From an uncultured Candidatus Bathyarchaeia archaeon (GTDB taxonomy: Archaea; Thermoproteota; Bathyarchaeia; Bathyarchaeales; DTEX01): DNA of 41,450 bases. The notes below the pieces were generated by a model. The model was given only the letters and a program-made list of their open reading frames with translations. It was not told the origin of the DNA and searched no databases. Positions 25,650 through 34,879 of the stretch are shown here, one piece after another. Position 1 is the stretch's first letter. The number at the start of each line of letters is the position of its first letter. Location of the stretch: NCBI GenBank assembly GCA_964411115.1, contig CAYPJR010000002.1, positions 1 to 41,450 on the forward strand. Reading direction: 5' to 3'. A program made the position numbers and the translations under genes.

Positions 25650-25658
25650 CTTATAAAT
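25650..25658 (+). promoter_or_regulatory. TATA-box-like element at the head of the L22-L18 ribosomal protein block
   Basis: CTTATAAAT lies about 45 nt upstream of the L22 GTG, implying this block has its own promoter rather than continuing from S19. Confidence 0.35.
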
Positions 25659-25699
25659 CACTGCGTATTTTTGTTTGAGACAAAGATGGTGAACGCGCA

Positions 25700-26167
25700 G
25701 TGCCAAATTGGGGTTACTCAGTAACTAATCTAGATCCAAACATCACGGCAAAGGCAAGCGGTAGAGAGCTTAGAATATCGCCTAAGGCAGCTAGGGAAGT
25801 CTGTGCGGCGATCAAAGGGATGATGCTTGATGATGCAAAGGAATTTTTAAGGCAAGTAATTGCGAAAAAGAAGCTGGTTCCATTTAGAAGGTACAGTAAG
25901 AAGCTGCCCCATAGAAGAGGGCTGCCTGGAGCCGGCAGATATCCGGTTAAAGCCGCTAGAAGAATTTTAGAGGTTCTTGAAAGCGCTGAGGCAAACGCTG
26001 ACTATAAGGGTTTAGATCTAGAGAACCTTAGAGTTGTTCATGCAGCGGCTTATCCTGGCGCTAAAATCAGAAGATATATGCCCCGCGCCTTCGGAAGGGC
26101 TACACCGCGTTTTGAAACGCTATGCCATGTTGAAATAGTTCTTGAGCAAGTTAAAGGAGGAGCATAA
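25700..26167 (+). CDS. rpl22: 50S ribosomal protein L22 (uL22)
   Basis: 155 aa. ASGRELRISPKAAREVC...FRRY...GAGRYP is typical of archaeal L22. GTG start with GGTGA 7 nt upstream. Confidence 0.9.
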   Translation: MPNWGYSVTNLDPNITAKASGRELRISPKAAREVCAAIKGMMLDDAKEFLRQVIAKKKLVPFRRYSKKLPHRRGLPGAGRYPVKAARRILEVLESAEANADYKGLDLENLRVVHAAAYPGAKIRRYMPRAFGRATPRFETLCHVEIVLEQVKGGA

Positions 26168-26808
26168 TGTCCACTATTAAGCATTTTATTAATGAAAACA
26201 TTAAGAAAGCCGAAATAGATGAGTTCCTCTGGAAAGAGTTTGAAAGAGCTGGTTATGGAGGGGTTGATGTAACAAAAACCCCGCTTGGCACAAACGTAGT
26301 TGTGTATGCTATGCGTCCCGGTCTCATAATAGGGCGCGGTGGAGAAACGATAAAAAATTTAGCTAAGGTTTTAGAGGAAAAGTTCAATTTGCCGAACCCA
26401 CAGATCTCTGTGGCTGAAATTGAGGTTCCGGAATTAAATCCCTATGTTATGGCTTCTCGAGTAGCCGCAGCGTTAAGGCGCGGCGTTCACTTTAGGAGAG
26501 CCGCCTTCTGGGCTTTAAATCAGATAATGGGTGCTGGCGCGCTGGGTGTTGAAATAATTATAAGCGGCAAGCTTAGAACTGAGCGGGCTCACGCGGAAAA
26601 GTTTCGTGATGGATATATACCGAAAAGCGGGGATCCAGCAATGAAATATGTCAGGAAGGCTGTTGCGCATGTTCAACTTAAGCCGGGCATATTCGGCGTT
26701 CAAGTCCTAATAGTTTCTCCAGATGCAAGGTTCCCGGATGAGGTTAAAATACTTGAGGAAGCCGCATCGAGTGGTCAAATCCTAAGCGGCGAGGGGGGAG
26801 AAGAATAA
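26167..26808 (+). CDS. rps3: 30S ribosomal protein S3 (uS3)
   Basis: 213 aa. KH domain (GLIIGRGGETIKNL) and conserved position after L22. Confidence 0.95.
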   Translation: MSTIKHFINENIKKAEIDEFLWKEFERAGYGGVDVTKTPLGTNVVVYAMRPGLIIGRGGETIKNLAKVLEEKFNLPNPQISVAEIEVPELNPYVMASRVAAALRRGVHFRRAAFWALNQIMGAGALGVEIIISGKLRTERAHAEKFRDGYIPKSGDPAMKYVRKAVAHVQLKPGIFGVQVLIVSPDARFPDEVKILEEAASSGQILSGEGGEE

Positions 26809-27018
26809 ATGGCGATTCTCAGAATTAAAGATATTAGAAAAATGACGCGTGAGGAACGCGAAAAGAGATTAAATGATTTACGCGCCGAACTCACTAAGTT
26901 AAAAACCATGATTGAGTCCGGAGGATCCGTTGAAAAACCTGCGAGAATTAAAGAGATTAGGCGGGCAATAGCTAGAATACTAACTGTGAACAATGAGGAG
27001 GATAGGAAGAACAGATGA
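26809..27018 (+). CDS. rpl29: 50S ribosomal protein L29 (uL29)
   Basis: 69 aa. LRAELTKLK helical hairpin pattern and operon position. Confidence 0.9.
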   Translation: MAILRIKDIRKMTREEREKRLNDLRAELTKLKTMIESGGSVEKPARIKEIRRAIARILTVNNEEDRKNR

Positions 27019-27296
27019 GAGATCTCTCCCATATTCTTCAAGACGAGCTTATTGGCCTCAGGGTTAAGGTTGTAAAGAGCTTAAACCCCTCATGCATCGG
27101 ATTATCCGGCAAGATAATAGATGAAACCAGAAATACATTTAAAATACTTCACAATAATGATGAGAAAATTTTAATTAAGAGAGACTGCATCTTTCATTTC
27201 ATCCTCCCGGATAAAACTATTATTGAGGTGGATGGTAAAGTTTTAATTGGGCGTCCGGAAGATAGAGTTAAAAAAATCGTTAGGAGACGCTGGTAA
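27015..27296 (+). CDS. rnp1: RNase P protein component 1 (Rpp29/Pop4)
   Basis: 93 aa. ELIGLRVKVVKS...GLSGKIIDETRNTFKI...GRPEDR is the Rpp29 Sm-like pattern, in the canonical archaeal position between L29 and S17. Confidence 0.85.
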   Translation: MRDLSHILQDELIGLRVKVVKSLNPSCIGLSGKIIDETRNTFKILHNNDEKILIKRDCIFHFILPDKTIIEVDGKVLIGRPEDRVKKIVRRRW

Positions 27297-27613
27297 TGTC
27301 GCTTGAAACTGTTAAGAAACCCGAGAAAACATGCAATGACCCGAACTGCCCCTTCCACGGCTCATTGAAAATAAGGGGCAGGATACTTGAGGGCATTGTT
27401 ATAAGCGCTAAAATGGATAAAACCGTCATTGTGCGGCGTAACTATTTAAAGTATGTGCCGAAGTATAAACGTTATGAGCAGAGACACACCCATATACCAG
27501 CGCATAATCCGCCATGCATAAACGCTGCTGAGAATGATGTTGTAAGAGTAGCGGAATGTCGACCAATAAGCAAAACAGTTTCTTTTGTAGTAATAGAAAA
27601 ATTGGGAAAGTGA
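27296..27613 (+). CDS. rps17: 30S ribosomal protein S17 (uS17)
   Basis: 105 aa. NDPNCPFHGSLKIRGR...AKMDKTVIV is typical of archaeal S17. Confidence 0.9.
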   Translation: MSLETVKKPEKTCNDPNCPFHGSLKIRGRILEGIVISAKMDKTVIVRRNYLKYVPKYKRYEQRHTHIPAHNPPCINAAENDVVRVAECRPISKTVSFVVIEKLGK

Positions 27614-27618
27614 TCTGA

Positions 27619-28059
27619 ATGGCAGCTAAGGCAAAAACTAGGGGTTTACAAGCCAAAGGCGCTGGCAAGCCTAAAACGAAGATCAGTAGAGGCGTCAATG
27701 CTGGATCATTAATTAAATGCGCTGACAATTCTGGAGCTAAAATTCTAAGGGTTATCCAGGTTATAGGCTATAAGGGCAGACATAGAAGAATACCGGCGGC
27801 TTCAGTGGGAGACGCCGTAATCGTCTCAGTAAGAAGAGGGACACCGGACATGAGGAAAAAAATCTTCCACGCAGTGATAATTAGGCAGAGGAAGCCCTAC
27901 AGACGCCCGGAGGGAAACTGGGTTCAATTTGAAGATAATGCGGCTGTTATCATAACTCCGGAGGGTGAAATGCGGGGATCTGAGATACGTGGTCCAGTGG
28001 CGAGAGAAGCCGCCGAGAGATGGTCGAGAATAGCCAGCGCGGCAAGCATAATAATTTAG
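27619..28059 (+). CDS. rpl14: 50S ribosomal protein L14 (uL14)
   Basis: 146 aa. KCADNSGAK...GD...VSV and operon position. Confidence 0.9.
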   Translation: MAAKAKTRGLQAKGAGKPKTKISRGVNAGSLIKCADNSGAKILRVIQVIGYKGRHRRIPAASVGDAVIVSVRRGTPDMRKKIFHAVIIRQRKPYRRPEGNWVQFEDNAAVIITPEGEMRGSEIRGPVAREAAERWSRIASAASIII

Positions 28060-28060
28060 A

Positions 28061-28507
28061 TTGATGGCGATAAATATGAAAAATAAAACTTCTAAACCAA
28101 GCAAACAGAGAAAAAGGCTCTTTAAGGCGCCCTATCATATACGCGGTAAGATCCTCTCAGCCCACCTATCCCCTGAACTGCGGGGTTCATATAAAACTAG
28201 GTCTATTCCGGTAAGAAAGGGCGATACTGTTAGAATCCTTAGGGGCGATTACAAAGGTGTTGAGGGAAAAGTGTTAAGGGTTGACAGGAAGAAGTATCGC
28301 ATATTTATTGAGGGCATAACGCGCCAGAAAGCCGATGGAACAACGCTGCTTGTTCCAATACATCCCTCAAAGGTTGAAATAATCCGTCTAAACCTTGACG
28401 ATAAAAACAGGAAAAGAATATTAGAGAGAAAAGGCTTTACTGAGGAAGCTCAAATAAGAACAGCTGAGACAGCAATAGAGGCTTCTGGAACCATCGGAGG
28501 TAAGTAA
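28061..28507 (+). CDS. rpl24: 50S ribosomal protein L24 (uL24)
   Basis: [17 protein letters not shown]...LSPELR plus KOW ([16 protein letters not shown]). The start is TTG 28061 or ATG 28064. Confidence 0.9.
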   Translation: MMAINMKNKTSKPSKQRKRLFKAPYHIRGKILSAHLSPELRGSYKTRSIPVRKGDTVRILRGDYKGVEGKVLRVDRKKYRIFIEGITRQKADGTTLLVPIHPSKVEIIRLNLDDKNRKRILERKGFTEEAQIRTAETAIEASGTIGGK

Positions 28508-28509
28508 GG

Positions 28510-29289
28510 ATGGGAAGCATGGGCGGTAGAAGACACCTTAAGCGGGAGGCTGCTCCAGGCTTCTGGCCTATTCATCGCAAGAGGTTCACATGGATTATTA
28601 AACCCAGCCCTGGGCCTCACCCCATTAGCCGATGCATACCTTTAGGGGTTATTATACGCGATCATCTTGGTTTTGCGAAAACCGGGAGAGAAGCGAAGAA
28701 AATAATATCGCAGGGTAAGATTTTAGTTGATGGAAGAGTTAGACGCGATGAACATTTCCCCGTTGGGCTGATGGACGTTGTAACTATACCTGAGATAAAC
28801 GCCAATTATAGGGTTCTCCCATGGAAGGAAGGAGGCTTAATCCTGCATCAAATAAGCGAGGATGAAGCGAAATACAAGATTTGTAGAATTGAAAATAAAA
28901 CAACGCTTGACGGTGGAAATATACAGCTAAATCTTCATGATGGAAGAAACATATTAATAAGAAGCGAGGATCCGCATAACCCAGCGGGGAATATTTTTCA
29001 CACGTTCGACTCTTTAAAAATCGAGATTCCTAATCAGAGGATAATGGAGCATCTAAGCCTAGGTTTAGGTAAAATAGCAATGATAATTGATGGTAAAAAC
29101 GCCGGAAAGTACGGTGTGATTAAAGCGATTGAAAATCAAGAAGGGCAGGAAAAGCGAAGAAGCCTCGTAACAATAGAAGATGATTTGGGGGAAGAGCTCA
29201 GAACAATACTGGGCTACACATTTGTGATAGGTGAAAAGACGCCTATAATATCTCTGCCTAAACCGGAGGTGGCGCAAACTGTCAGCTGA
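28510..29289 (+). CDS. rps4e: 30S ribosomal protein S4e (eS4)
   Basis: 259 aa. RRHLKREAAPGFWPI...PSPGPH N-terminus, S4 and KOW regions. Confidence 0.9.
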   Translation: MGSMGGRRHLKREAAPGFWPIHRKRFTWIIKPSPGPHPISRCIPLGVIIRDHLGFAKTGREAKKIISQGKILVDGRVRRDEHFPVGLMDVVTIPEINANYRVLPWKEGGLILHQISEDEAKYKICRIENKTTLDGGNIQLNLHDGRNILIRSEDPHNPAGNIFHTFDSLKIEIPNQRIMEHLSLGLGKIAMIIDGKNAGKYGVIKAIENQEGQEKRRSLVTIEDDLGEELRTILGYTFVIGEKTPIISLPKPEVAQTVS

Positions 29290-29320
29290 AGAATTTATAA
29301 GTAAATGGAATGCAAATCCA

Positions 29321-29833
29321 ATGCTTAAGCCGAGGGTGGAGAAAGTAGTTGTAAATGTTTGTGTTGGAAGATCGGGGGAGCCTCTTGAAAAAGCCATGAA
29401 GATAATTGAGGAGTTAACCGGGCAGAAGCCATGCTTCAGGAGGGCGAAAAAAACCATTAGGGATTTCGGTATAAGGCGAAATGAGCCCATAGCATGCGTC
29501 ACAACATTGAGGGGGGAAAGAGCCTTAGATTTCCTAAAGAGGGCTCTTGAGGCCGTGGACAATAAAATCCCAGCGGGATCATTCGATAAGTCTGGAAATT
29601 TCTCATTCGGCATTAAAGAGCACATTGACATTCCCGGCACAAAATATTCGCCGGATCTGGGTATAATAGGTATGGATGTTTCAGTATCTTTATGTAGACC
29701 GGGCTATAGGGTGAAATATAGGCGACGGGCAAGATCCAAGGTTGGCCATAAACATTTATTAACCCCTGAAGAAGCAATGGCATTTATTAGGGAAGAATTG
29801 GGCGTTGAGGTAACGGAGGAAAGGCGCAGATGA
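29321..29833 (+). CDS. rpl5: 50S ribosomal protein L5 (uL5); start possibly upstream at CTG 29279
   Basis: 170 aa from the [16 protein letters not shown]...FGI+EHIDIPG is typical of L5. The conserved-looking W..NPM segment lies upstream of, and includes, the annotated ATG. Confidence 0.9.
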   Translation: MLKPRVEKVVVNVCVGRSGEPLEKAMKIIEELTGQKPCFRRAKKTIRDFGIRRNEPIACVTTLRGERALDFLKRALEAVDNKIPAGSFDKSGNFSFGIKEHIDIPGTKYSPDLGIIGMDVSVSLCRPGYRVKYRRRARSKVGHKHLLTPEEAMAFIREELGVEVTEERRR

Positions 29834-30000
29834 GCATAAAAAACGAAGGCAGCAAAAAGGAGAGAAAATATGGTAAAGGTAGCAGACCCTGTAAAAGATG
29901 CGGATCATATGGTCCTATTGTGAGGAAGTATGGGCTGAACTTATGCCGCCACTGTTTTAGGGAGATCGCTGAAAAACTCGGCTTCAAAAAATACCAGTAA
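29830..30000 (+). CDS. rps14: 30S ribosomal protein S14 type Z (uS14), 56 aa; absent from the ORF track because it is under 60 aa
   Basis: My translation: [56 protein letters not shown]. It has a CxxC...CxxC zinc motif, an ATG overlapping the L5 stop (ATGA), and the canonical position between L5 and S8. Confidence 0.9.
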   Translation: MSIKNEGSKKERKYGKGSRPCKRCGSYGPIVRKYGLNLCRHCFREIAEKLGFKKYQ

Positions 30001-30015
30001 TGAGGTGATAAGTTC

Positions 30016-30405
30016 ATGTTGATGGATCCCATATCTAATGGTTTAACAACAATAATGAATAATGAGCTGAGAAGGAAGAAGGAGTGCTACATAATGCCCG
30101 CCTCAAAAGTTCTCGGCAGCATACTTAGGGTTATGCAGATGAACGGTTACATTGGTGAATTCGAATTCATCGATGATGGACGCGCTGGGAAATTTAGGGT
30201 TCAACTGTTAGGTAGAATAAACAAATGCGGAGCCATAAGGCCTAGATATTCCTTTAAGGTTAAGGATTTAGAAAAATGGGAGAAGGCCTATCTTCCAGCT
30301 AAGAATATGGGTGTAATAATAGTATCAACATCGCAGGGTGTAATGTCTCATAATGAGGCTAGAAAGAGAGGAATCGGAGGAAAACTCCTAGCATATGTAT
30401 ATTAA
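30016..30405 (+). CDS. rps8: 30S ribosomal protein S8 (uS8)
   Basis: 129 aa. [14 protein letters not shown] and GGKLLAYVY termini. GAGGTGAT SD lies 6 nt upstream. Confidence 0.9.
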   Translation: MLMDPISNGLTTIMNNELRRKKECYIMPASKVLGSILRVMQMNGYIGEFEFIDDGRAGKFRVQLLGRINKCGAIRPRYSFKVKDLEKWEKAYLPAKNMGVIIVSTSQGVMSHNEARKRGIGGKLLAYVY

Positions 30406-30437
30406 ACAGATATGCCTTAAACGAAGAGGTCGGTTGG

Positions 30438-30983
30438 ATGCGTGAGATTGAGGTTAGAAGGGTGAAGATTCCGAATGATGTGAAAGTTAATGTTAATGGA
30501 AAAGTAGTGGAGGTTATAGGTGAAAAGGGGAGACTAGTTAGAGATTTCTCGGATCTCCCCGTATCAATCCATTTATTAAACGATGAAATTGAAGTTTCAA
30601 CCTTTTGGCCCAGAAGGAAGGAGGGAGCATGCGTAGGCACCGTATGCGCGCATATTAAGAATATGATTAAAGGTGTAAAAGAGGGCTTTACATATAAACT
30701 TAAGATTGTTTACGCTCATTTCCCAATATCGGTTAAAGTGAATGGCAATAAAATCATTATAGAAAATTTTATGGGTGAAAGATCCCCGAGGACTGCTAAG
30801 ATAATTGGCGACGTTAAGGTTTCAGTTAAAGGTGACGATGTGATCGTTCAGGGAATAAACATTGAAGAGGTCGGTCAGACAGCTGCAAACATAGAGCAGG
30901 CGACGAGGATAAAGAATAGAGATCCAAGAAGGTTCCTAGATGGAATATACGTTTACGAGAAGAAGGAGGGCATGGCTGAATGA
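30438..30983 (+). CDS. rpl6: 50S ribosomal protein L6 (uL6)
   Basis: 181 aa two-domain L6 pattern (VYAHFPISV, RDPRRFLDGIYV) and operon position. Confidence 0.9.
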   Translation: MREIEVRRVKIPNDVKVNVNGKVVEVIGEKGRLVRDFSDLPVSIHLLNDEIEVSTFWPRRKEGACVGTVCAHIKNMIKGVKEGFTYKLKIVYAHFPISVKVNGNKIIIENFMGERSPRTAKIIGDVKVSVKGDDVIVQGINIEEVGQTAANIEQATRIKNRDPRRFLDGIYVYEKKEGMAE

Positions 30984-31399
30984 GTTCCGAGAGTTCAATT
31001 CTGCAAGATCTCGTTAAGAAAAGGGAGATGGTTAAGAAGAGGAAGCCTGAATTTCGCCGTCAAGAAAGCTGGCGCTATAAGCGTGTAGGGGAAAGCTGGA
31101 GGCGGCCGAAAGGTTTGGATAGTAAAATGCGTAAGGAGGTTAAAGGCTGGCCGCCGAAAGTGAAAGTTGGTTATAGAGGTCCAAAGTTAGCTCGGAACCT
31201 GCATCCCTCAGCCTTTAAAGAAGTTATAGTTTACAATGTTGATGACTTAAATGAGGTGGATGCGAAAACCGAAGCGGTGAGAATAGCTCACACAGTAGGG
31301 GCAAAAAAGAGATCCGAAATACTCAGCAGAGCTAAGGATCTTGGAATACGCGTTCTAAATCTTGGAACTGTTGAGGCTAAAGAAGCCGCTAAAACCTAA
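30980..31399 (+). CDS. rpl32e: 50S ribosomal protein L32e (eL32)
   Basis: 139 aa. KPEFRRQESWRYKRVGESWRRPKGLDSKMR is diagnostic. Confidence 0.9.
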   Translation: MSSESSILQDLVKKREMVKKRKPEFRRQESWRYKRVGESWRRPKGLDSKMRKEVKGWPPKVKVGYRGPKLARNLHPSAFKEVIVYNVDDLNEVDAKTEAVRIAHTVGAKKRSEILSRAKDLGIRVLNLGTVEAKEAAKT

Positions 31400-31406
31400 A
31401 TATCTC

Positions 31407-31874
31407 ATGGAGGTGCAGATTTTGAGTTTAAGAAGTCAAAGAAGGATCGCCGCTGAAATTCTTGGAGTTGGCGAGGAGAGAGTTTGGATAGACCCTGAGA
31501 GAACGGAGGATGTTGAGGCTGCAATAACTAGGGAGGACATAAGGAGACTGATCCATGAAGGAGTCATAAGAAAAATTAAGGAGAAAGGTGTCAGTAGAGC
31601 CCGTGCACGTATAATTCATGAAAAGAGAAAAAGAGGAAAAAGAAGAGGCGTAGGCAGCAGAAGCGGTTCAAGAAGCGCTAGGGCAGACTCGGATAGGCTT
31701 TGGGTTGAGAAGATCAGAGCCTTAAGAAGGAGACTCCGCGAACTTAAGGAAAACCGTGCGATATCAACTAGGGTCTATAGGCAGCTATACTTGAAGGCTA
31801 AGAGCGGACTCTTTAAATCGGTAACGGATCTGCATCGCTATATCGAGGTTCATGGGCTTAGGAGGAGACGCTGA
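31407..31874 (+). CDS. rpl19e: 50S ribosomal protein L19e (eL19)
   Basis: LRSQRRIAAEILGVGEERVWIDP and a basic C-terminal tail. I prefer ATG 31407 (or TTG 31422, which is preceded by GGAGGTG) over the track start 31362, which overlaps L32e. Confidence 0.88.
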   Translation: MEVQILSLRSQRRIAAEILGVGEERVWIDPERTEDVEAAITREDIRRLIHEGVIRKIKEKGVSRARARIIHEKRKRGKRRGVGSRSGSRSARADSDRLWVEKIRALRRRLRELKENRAISTRVYRQLYLKAKSGLFKSVTDLHRYIEVHGLRRRR

Positions 31875-32473
31875 TGGCTAAGGGTCCATCCTACAATGTT
31901 CCATTCAGAAGGCGTAGGGAAGGTAAAACAGACTATAGGCTTAGGAAGAAACTTATAATCTCTAAGCTGCCTAGAGTTGTCATTAGGAAAACTGGAAGAA
32001 ACATAATTACCCAGGTTATTAATGCAACCGTTATAGGTGACATAGTTTTAATTTCGGCGCACTCCAGCGAGCTTAGAAAGAAATACGGCTGGCTTGGCAG
32101 CTTAAACAATCTTCCGGCAGCATACTTAACTGGGCTTCTATGCGGCTTAAGAGCTGCAAGCAAAGGTGTTAAGAAAGCCATATTAGACATAGGTTTGCAT
32201 ACGCCATCACGAGGCGCCGGGGTCTTCGCTGCGATGAAAGGATTCGTTGATGCAGGCGTTGAGGTTGCGCATGATGAATCCGTACTGCCCGATGAATCTC
32301 GCATACGCGGGGAACATATAGCCAAATATGCTGAAATGCTATATTCAGAAGATGCGGATAAATACTCAAGAATGTTCTCTGAATATTTATCGCGAAACCT
32401 TCCGCCTCAAAAGATCCCGGAGCACTTCGAGATGGTTAAAGAGAGAATACTGATCGATTTTAAGGTAAAGTGA
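31874..32473 (+). CDS. rpl18: 50S ribosomal protein L18 (uL18)
   Basis: 199 aa. FRRRREGKTDYRLRKKLI N-terminus and operon position. Confidence 0.9.
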   Translation: MAKGPSYNVPFRRRREGKTDYRLRKKLIISKLPRVVIRKTGRNIITQVINATVIGDIVLISAHSSELRKKYGWLGSLNNLPAAYLTGLLCGLRAASKGVKKAILDIGLHTPSRGAGVFAAMKGFVDAGVEVAHDESVLPDESRIRGEHIAKYAEMLYSEDADKYSRMFSEYLSRNLPPQKIPEHFEMVKERILIDFKVK

Positions 32474-32561
32474 TCTTTTAAAAATAGAAAAATGATAAAA
32501 AGATTCGTCATAGAAAAATTTCCATTTAAATAATGAAATTTTTTAAAAAAGTAAGTTTATC

Positions 32562-34670
32562 TTGGGGGTTGTTGCTGGTATGGTAGCGGTGTCTGTTAAA
32601 GGTGAGATTTTTCTTCTAAATGGAAAACCTACTTACGTTGAGGTGCCGAATGTTAATCCAAGAGCTATAGGTCTGCTGCTAAACACCCGCATGGTTCAAG
32701 CGCTCTTCGAAGATGAAAATTCTGAAACTCAAAAATTGTGGTGTTACCCTGATGGAAGCGAATTCGATCCTGAAAGAAACACTAATGAATTTATTGCGGC
32801 ATTACCGCTCTATAAGGCTTATGGCGTTATCGCTTTTACAGTAAACATGCAGTGCGGTGGACCGAGGGCACAATGCTTTACTGGCAATCAGCCTTGGCAC
32901 GTAAGCGGATTTGATGAGAACGGCTATCTCAAAAGCGCTTGGGTAGATAGACTTAAGCGAGTTTTAGATGCGGCGCAAAAGCTAAGTATGGTGGTGATTC
33001 TGGGACTCTTCTATTTTGGTCAGGATCAGAGGTTACTCAGCGAAGCAGCTGTTAAACGTGCAACTGAGAGCGTCATCGATTGGCTAATGCATCATCATTA
33101 TCGGAATATTCTCTTAGAAATCGCTAATGAATGTGATCATCCCGGCTACGAACATGAGATCATCAAGCCGCCTCGTGTTGTTGAGCTTATTCAGCTAGCG
33201 AAAAACTTAAGCAATGGAGAGCTGCTAGTTTCAACTAGTTTCTGCGGCGGCATTATACCGCCCGACGAGGTTTTACGTGCCGTTGACTTTGTTCTCCTAC
33301 ATGGGAATGGACAAACAGCCAATAACATCAGAAGAATGATAAATGTTGTTAGGGCGAAACTGCGGTCTTGGGGGACACCTAAGCCTATCGTTTTCAATGA
33401 AGACAGCACAGATTTGCGGAAGATGGAAGCAGTATTAAATGAAGGTGCAAGCTGGGGATATTACGATCAGGGACGCAATAATTATCGAGATGGTTTTCAA
33501 TCGCCGCCGACGAACTGGCTTGTCAATACGCCAAGTAAACGCGCCTTCTTCCACAAAGCCGCCGAATGGATCGGCATTCATCCTCCTGAAGGAGCAACTT
33601 ACGAGATGCAGCGTAAAGTCATCGCATGTCTTAACCCACAACTTAACAGGACGATTTGTGTTGTAGGCGACATTAACAATGATGGAAGAGAAGATGTTGT
33701 AATCGGCAGCAGACAGAAGGGGGAAGATTCGCTTGTCTGGCTTGAACAGCGCACGCCTGATGATTGGCGTATACATGTAATCGATGACGATGCGGAAATG
33801 CTTGAGTCAGGAGGGGTTTTAGCCGACGTTAACGGCGATGACCGCTTAGACTTCATTGCGGGCGGAGATTGGCGAAGCCCATATATTTGGTGGTGGAAGC
33901 AACCTTCTGAGCCATCACAAAAGTGGATGCGACATGTTATTGGAAAATTCGCTAACAAATTTCATACGCAGATTTGGGTGAACATTGAGGGTGAGGAGGA
34001 ACTAGTAACCTGGAATCAAGGACAGAAGGGTTTGTTGAGATTAAAACCGCATGATAACCCGGAGAGAGAATGGCAAGTACGTCTTATTGCACGTGATGTG
34101 GAAGGCGAGGGTCTCGCATGGGCGGACATTGATGGAGACGGTAAATCAGAGTTAATTGCGGGAAACTATTGGTTTAAGCCTAAAGATAGCGCTTCTGAGG
34201 AGTGGCAGCGCTTCCAGTTTGCGCAAGGATATGTTGGTACACTAGTTGAAGCTGCGGATCTTGATGGAGATGGACGAATGGAAATTGTGCTTTCAGAAGG
34301 CGATGCTCAGTATTTTGGGCGGAAGGAGCATGGACGGGTTGCATGGTTTAAGGCTGAAGGGGACCCCTGCCAGCTTTGGCGAGAGAACGTGTTGGCCAAC
34401 GATCTGGTTGATCCGCACTCACTTATCGTTGCTGACTTTACAGGCGACGGCCTGCCTGATATTTGCGTTATTGAGATGGATTTTACTGATAACCCTCAAG
34501 TAATCTTATTTGTCAATAGGGGCGGCGGTAGATTTGAAGGGCACGTTGTTGATGAAGGCGTTGGAAGCCATGATGCTAGGCTCATACATTTAAACGGTAA
34601 ACCAGCAATCGTTGGTAAACCCTTTATCGGTAAACACTTAGGCGAGGTACACCTATGGGTGCCGAAATAG
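32562..34670 (+). CDS. two-domain protein: N-terminal clan GH-A-like TIM-barrel glycosidase-like domain plus C-terminal FG-GAP/VCBS beta-propeller repeats
   Basis: 702 aa from TTG (ATG alternative at 32580). The N-terminal half has LLEIANECDHPGY (an NE acid/base-like motif) and PIVFNEDS (a nucleophile-like Glu). The C-terminal half has at least 5 repeats of type D(I/V/L)(N/D)GD(G/D)+x(D/E)(I/L/V): DINNDGREDVVIG, DVNGDDRLDFIAGG, DIDGDGKSELIAGN, DLDGDGRMEIVLSE, DFTGDGLPDICVIE. I see no clear signal peptide. Confidence 0.7.
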   Translation: MGVVAGMVAVSVKGEIFLLNGKPTYVEVPNVNPRAIGLLLNTRMVQALFEDENSETQKLWCYPDGSEFDPERNTNEFIAALPLYKAYGVIAFTVNMQCGGPRAQCFTGNQPWHVSGFDENGYLKSAWVDRLKRVLDAAQKLSMVVILGLFYFGQDQRLLSEAAVKRATESVIDWLMHHHYRNILLEIANECDHPGYEHEIIKPPRVVELIQLAKNLSNGELLVSTSFCGGIIPPDEVLRAVDFVLLHGNGQTANNIRRMINVVRAKLRSWGTPKPIVFNEDSTDLRKMEAVLNEGASWGYYDQGRNNYRDGFQSPPTNWLVNTPSKRAFFHKAAEWIGIHPPEGATYEMQRKVIACLNPQLNRTICVVGDINNDGREDVVIGSRQKGEDSLVWLEQRTPDDWRIHVIDDDAEMLESGGVLADVNGDDRLDFIAGGDWRSPYIWWWKQPSEPSQKWMRHVIGKFANKFHTQIWVNIEGEEELVTWNQGQKGLLRLKPHDNPEREWQVRLIARDVEGEGLAWADIDGDGKSELIAGNYWFKPKDSASEEWQRFQFAQGYVGTLVEAADLDGDGRMEIVLSEGDAQYFGRKEHGRVAWFKAEGDPCQLWRENVLANDLVDPHSLIVADFTGDGLPDICVIEMDFTDNPQVILFVNRGGGRFEGHVVDEGVGSHDARLIHLNGKPAIVGKPFIGKHLGEVHLWVPK
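34411..34432. repeat. copy 1 of a perfect 22-bp direct repeat ATCCGCACTCACTTATCGTTGC (inside the 3' part of the 702-aa gene)
   Basis: Exact match by eye to 34880-34901. The flanks are unrelated on both sides. Confidence 0.9.
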
Positions 34671-34879
34671 AAAATATAAGCCGTTTCCGAGATATTCTGC
34701 TATTTTTCTCACTTGCAGCGCCATTAATAAATCCTTGATTTTCTTTATATATCTGCCTATAAGTATATCACGCATAAAAATAAAAGATATAATAAAGAAA
34801 CTTTAAACCATAATAAGCTCGCAAGCAAAAACAGAAAGGGGATTCACGGGAAATCTCTACAGCCACTAGATATTTATAT

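Noticed and set aside
31362-31406. Upstream start for L19e (MELLRLKKPLKPKYL...) as given in the ORF track.
   Set aside because: It would overlap L32e by 38 nt and add residues not seen in L19e N-termini. ATG 31407 or TTG 31422 (after GGAGGTG) gives the conserved ..LRSQRRIAAEILG.. start.
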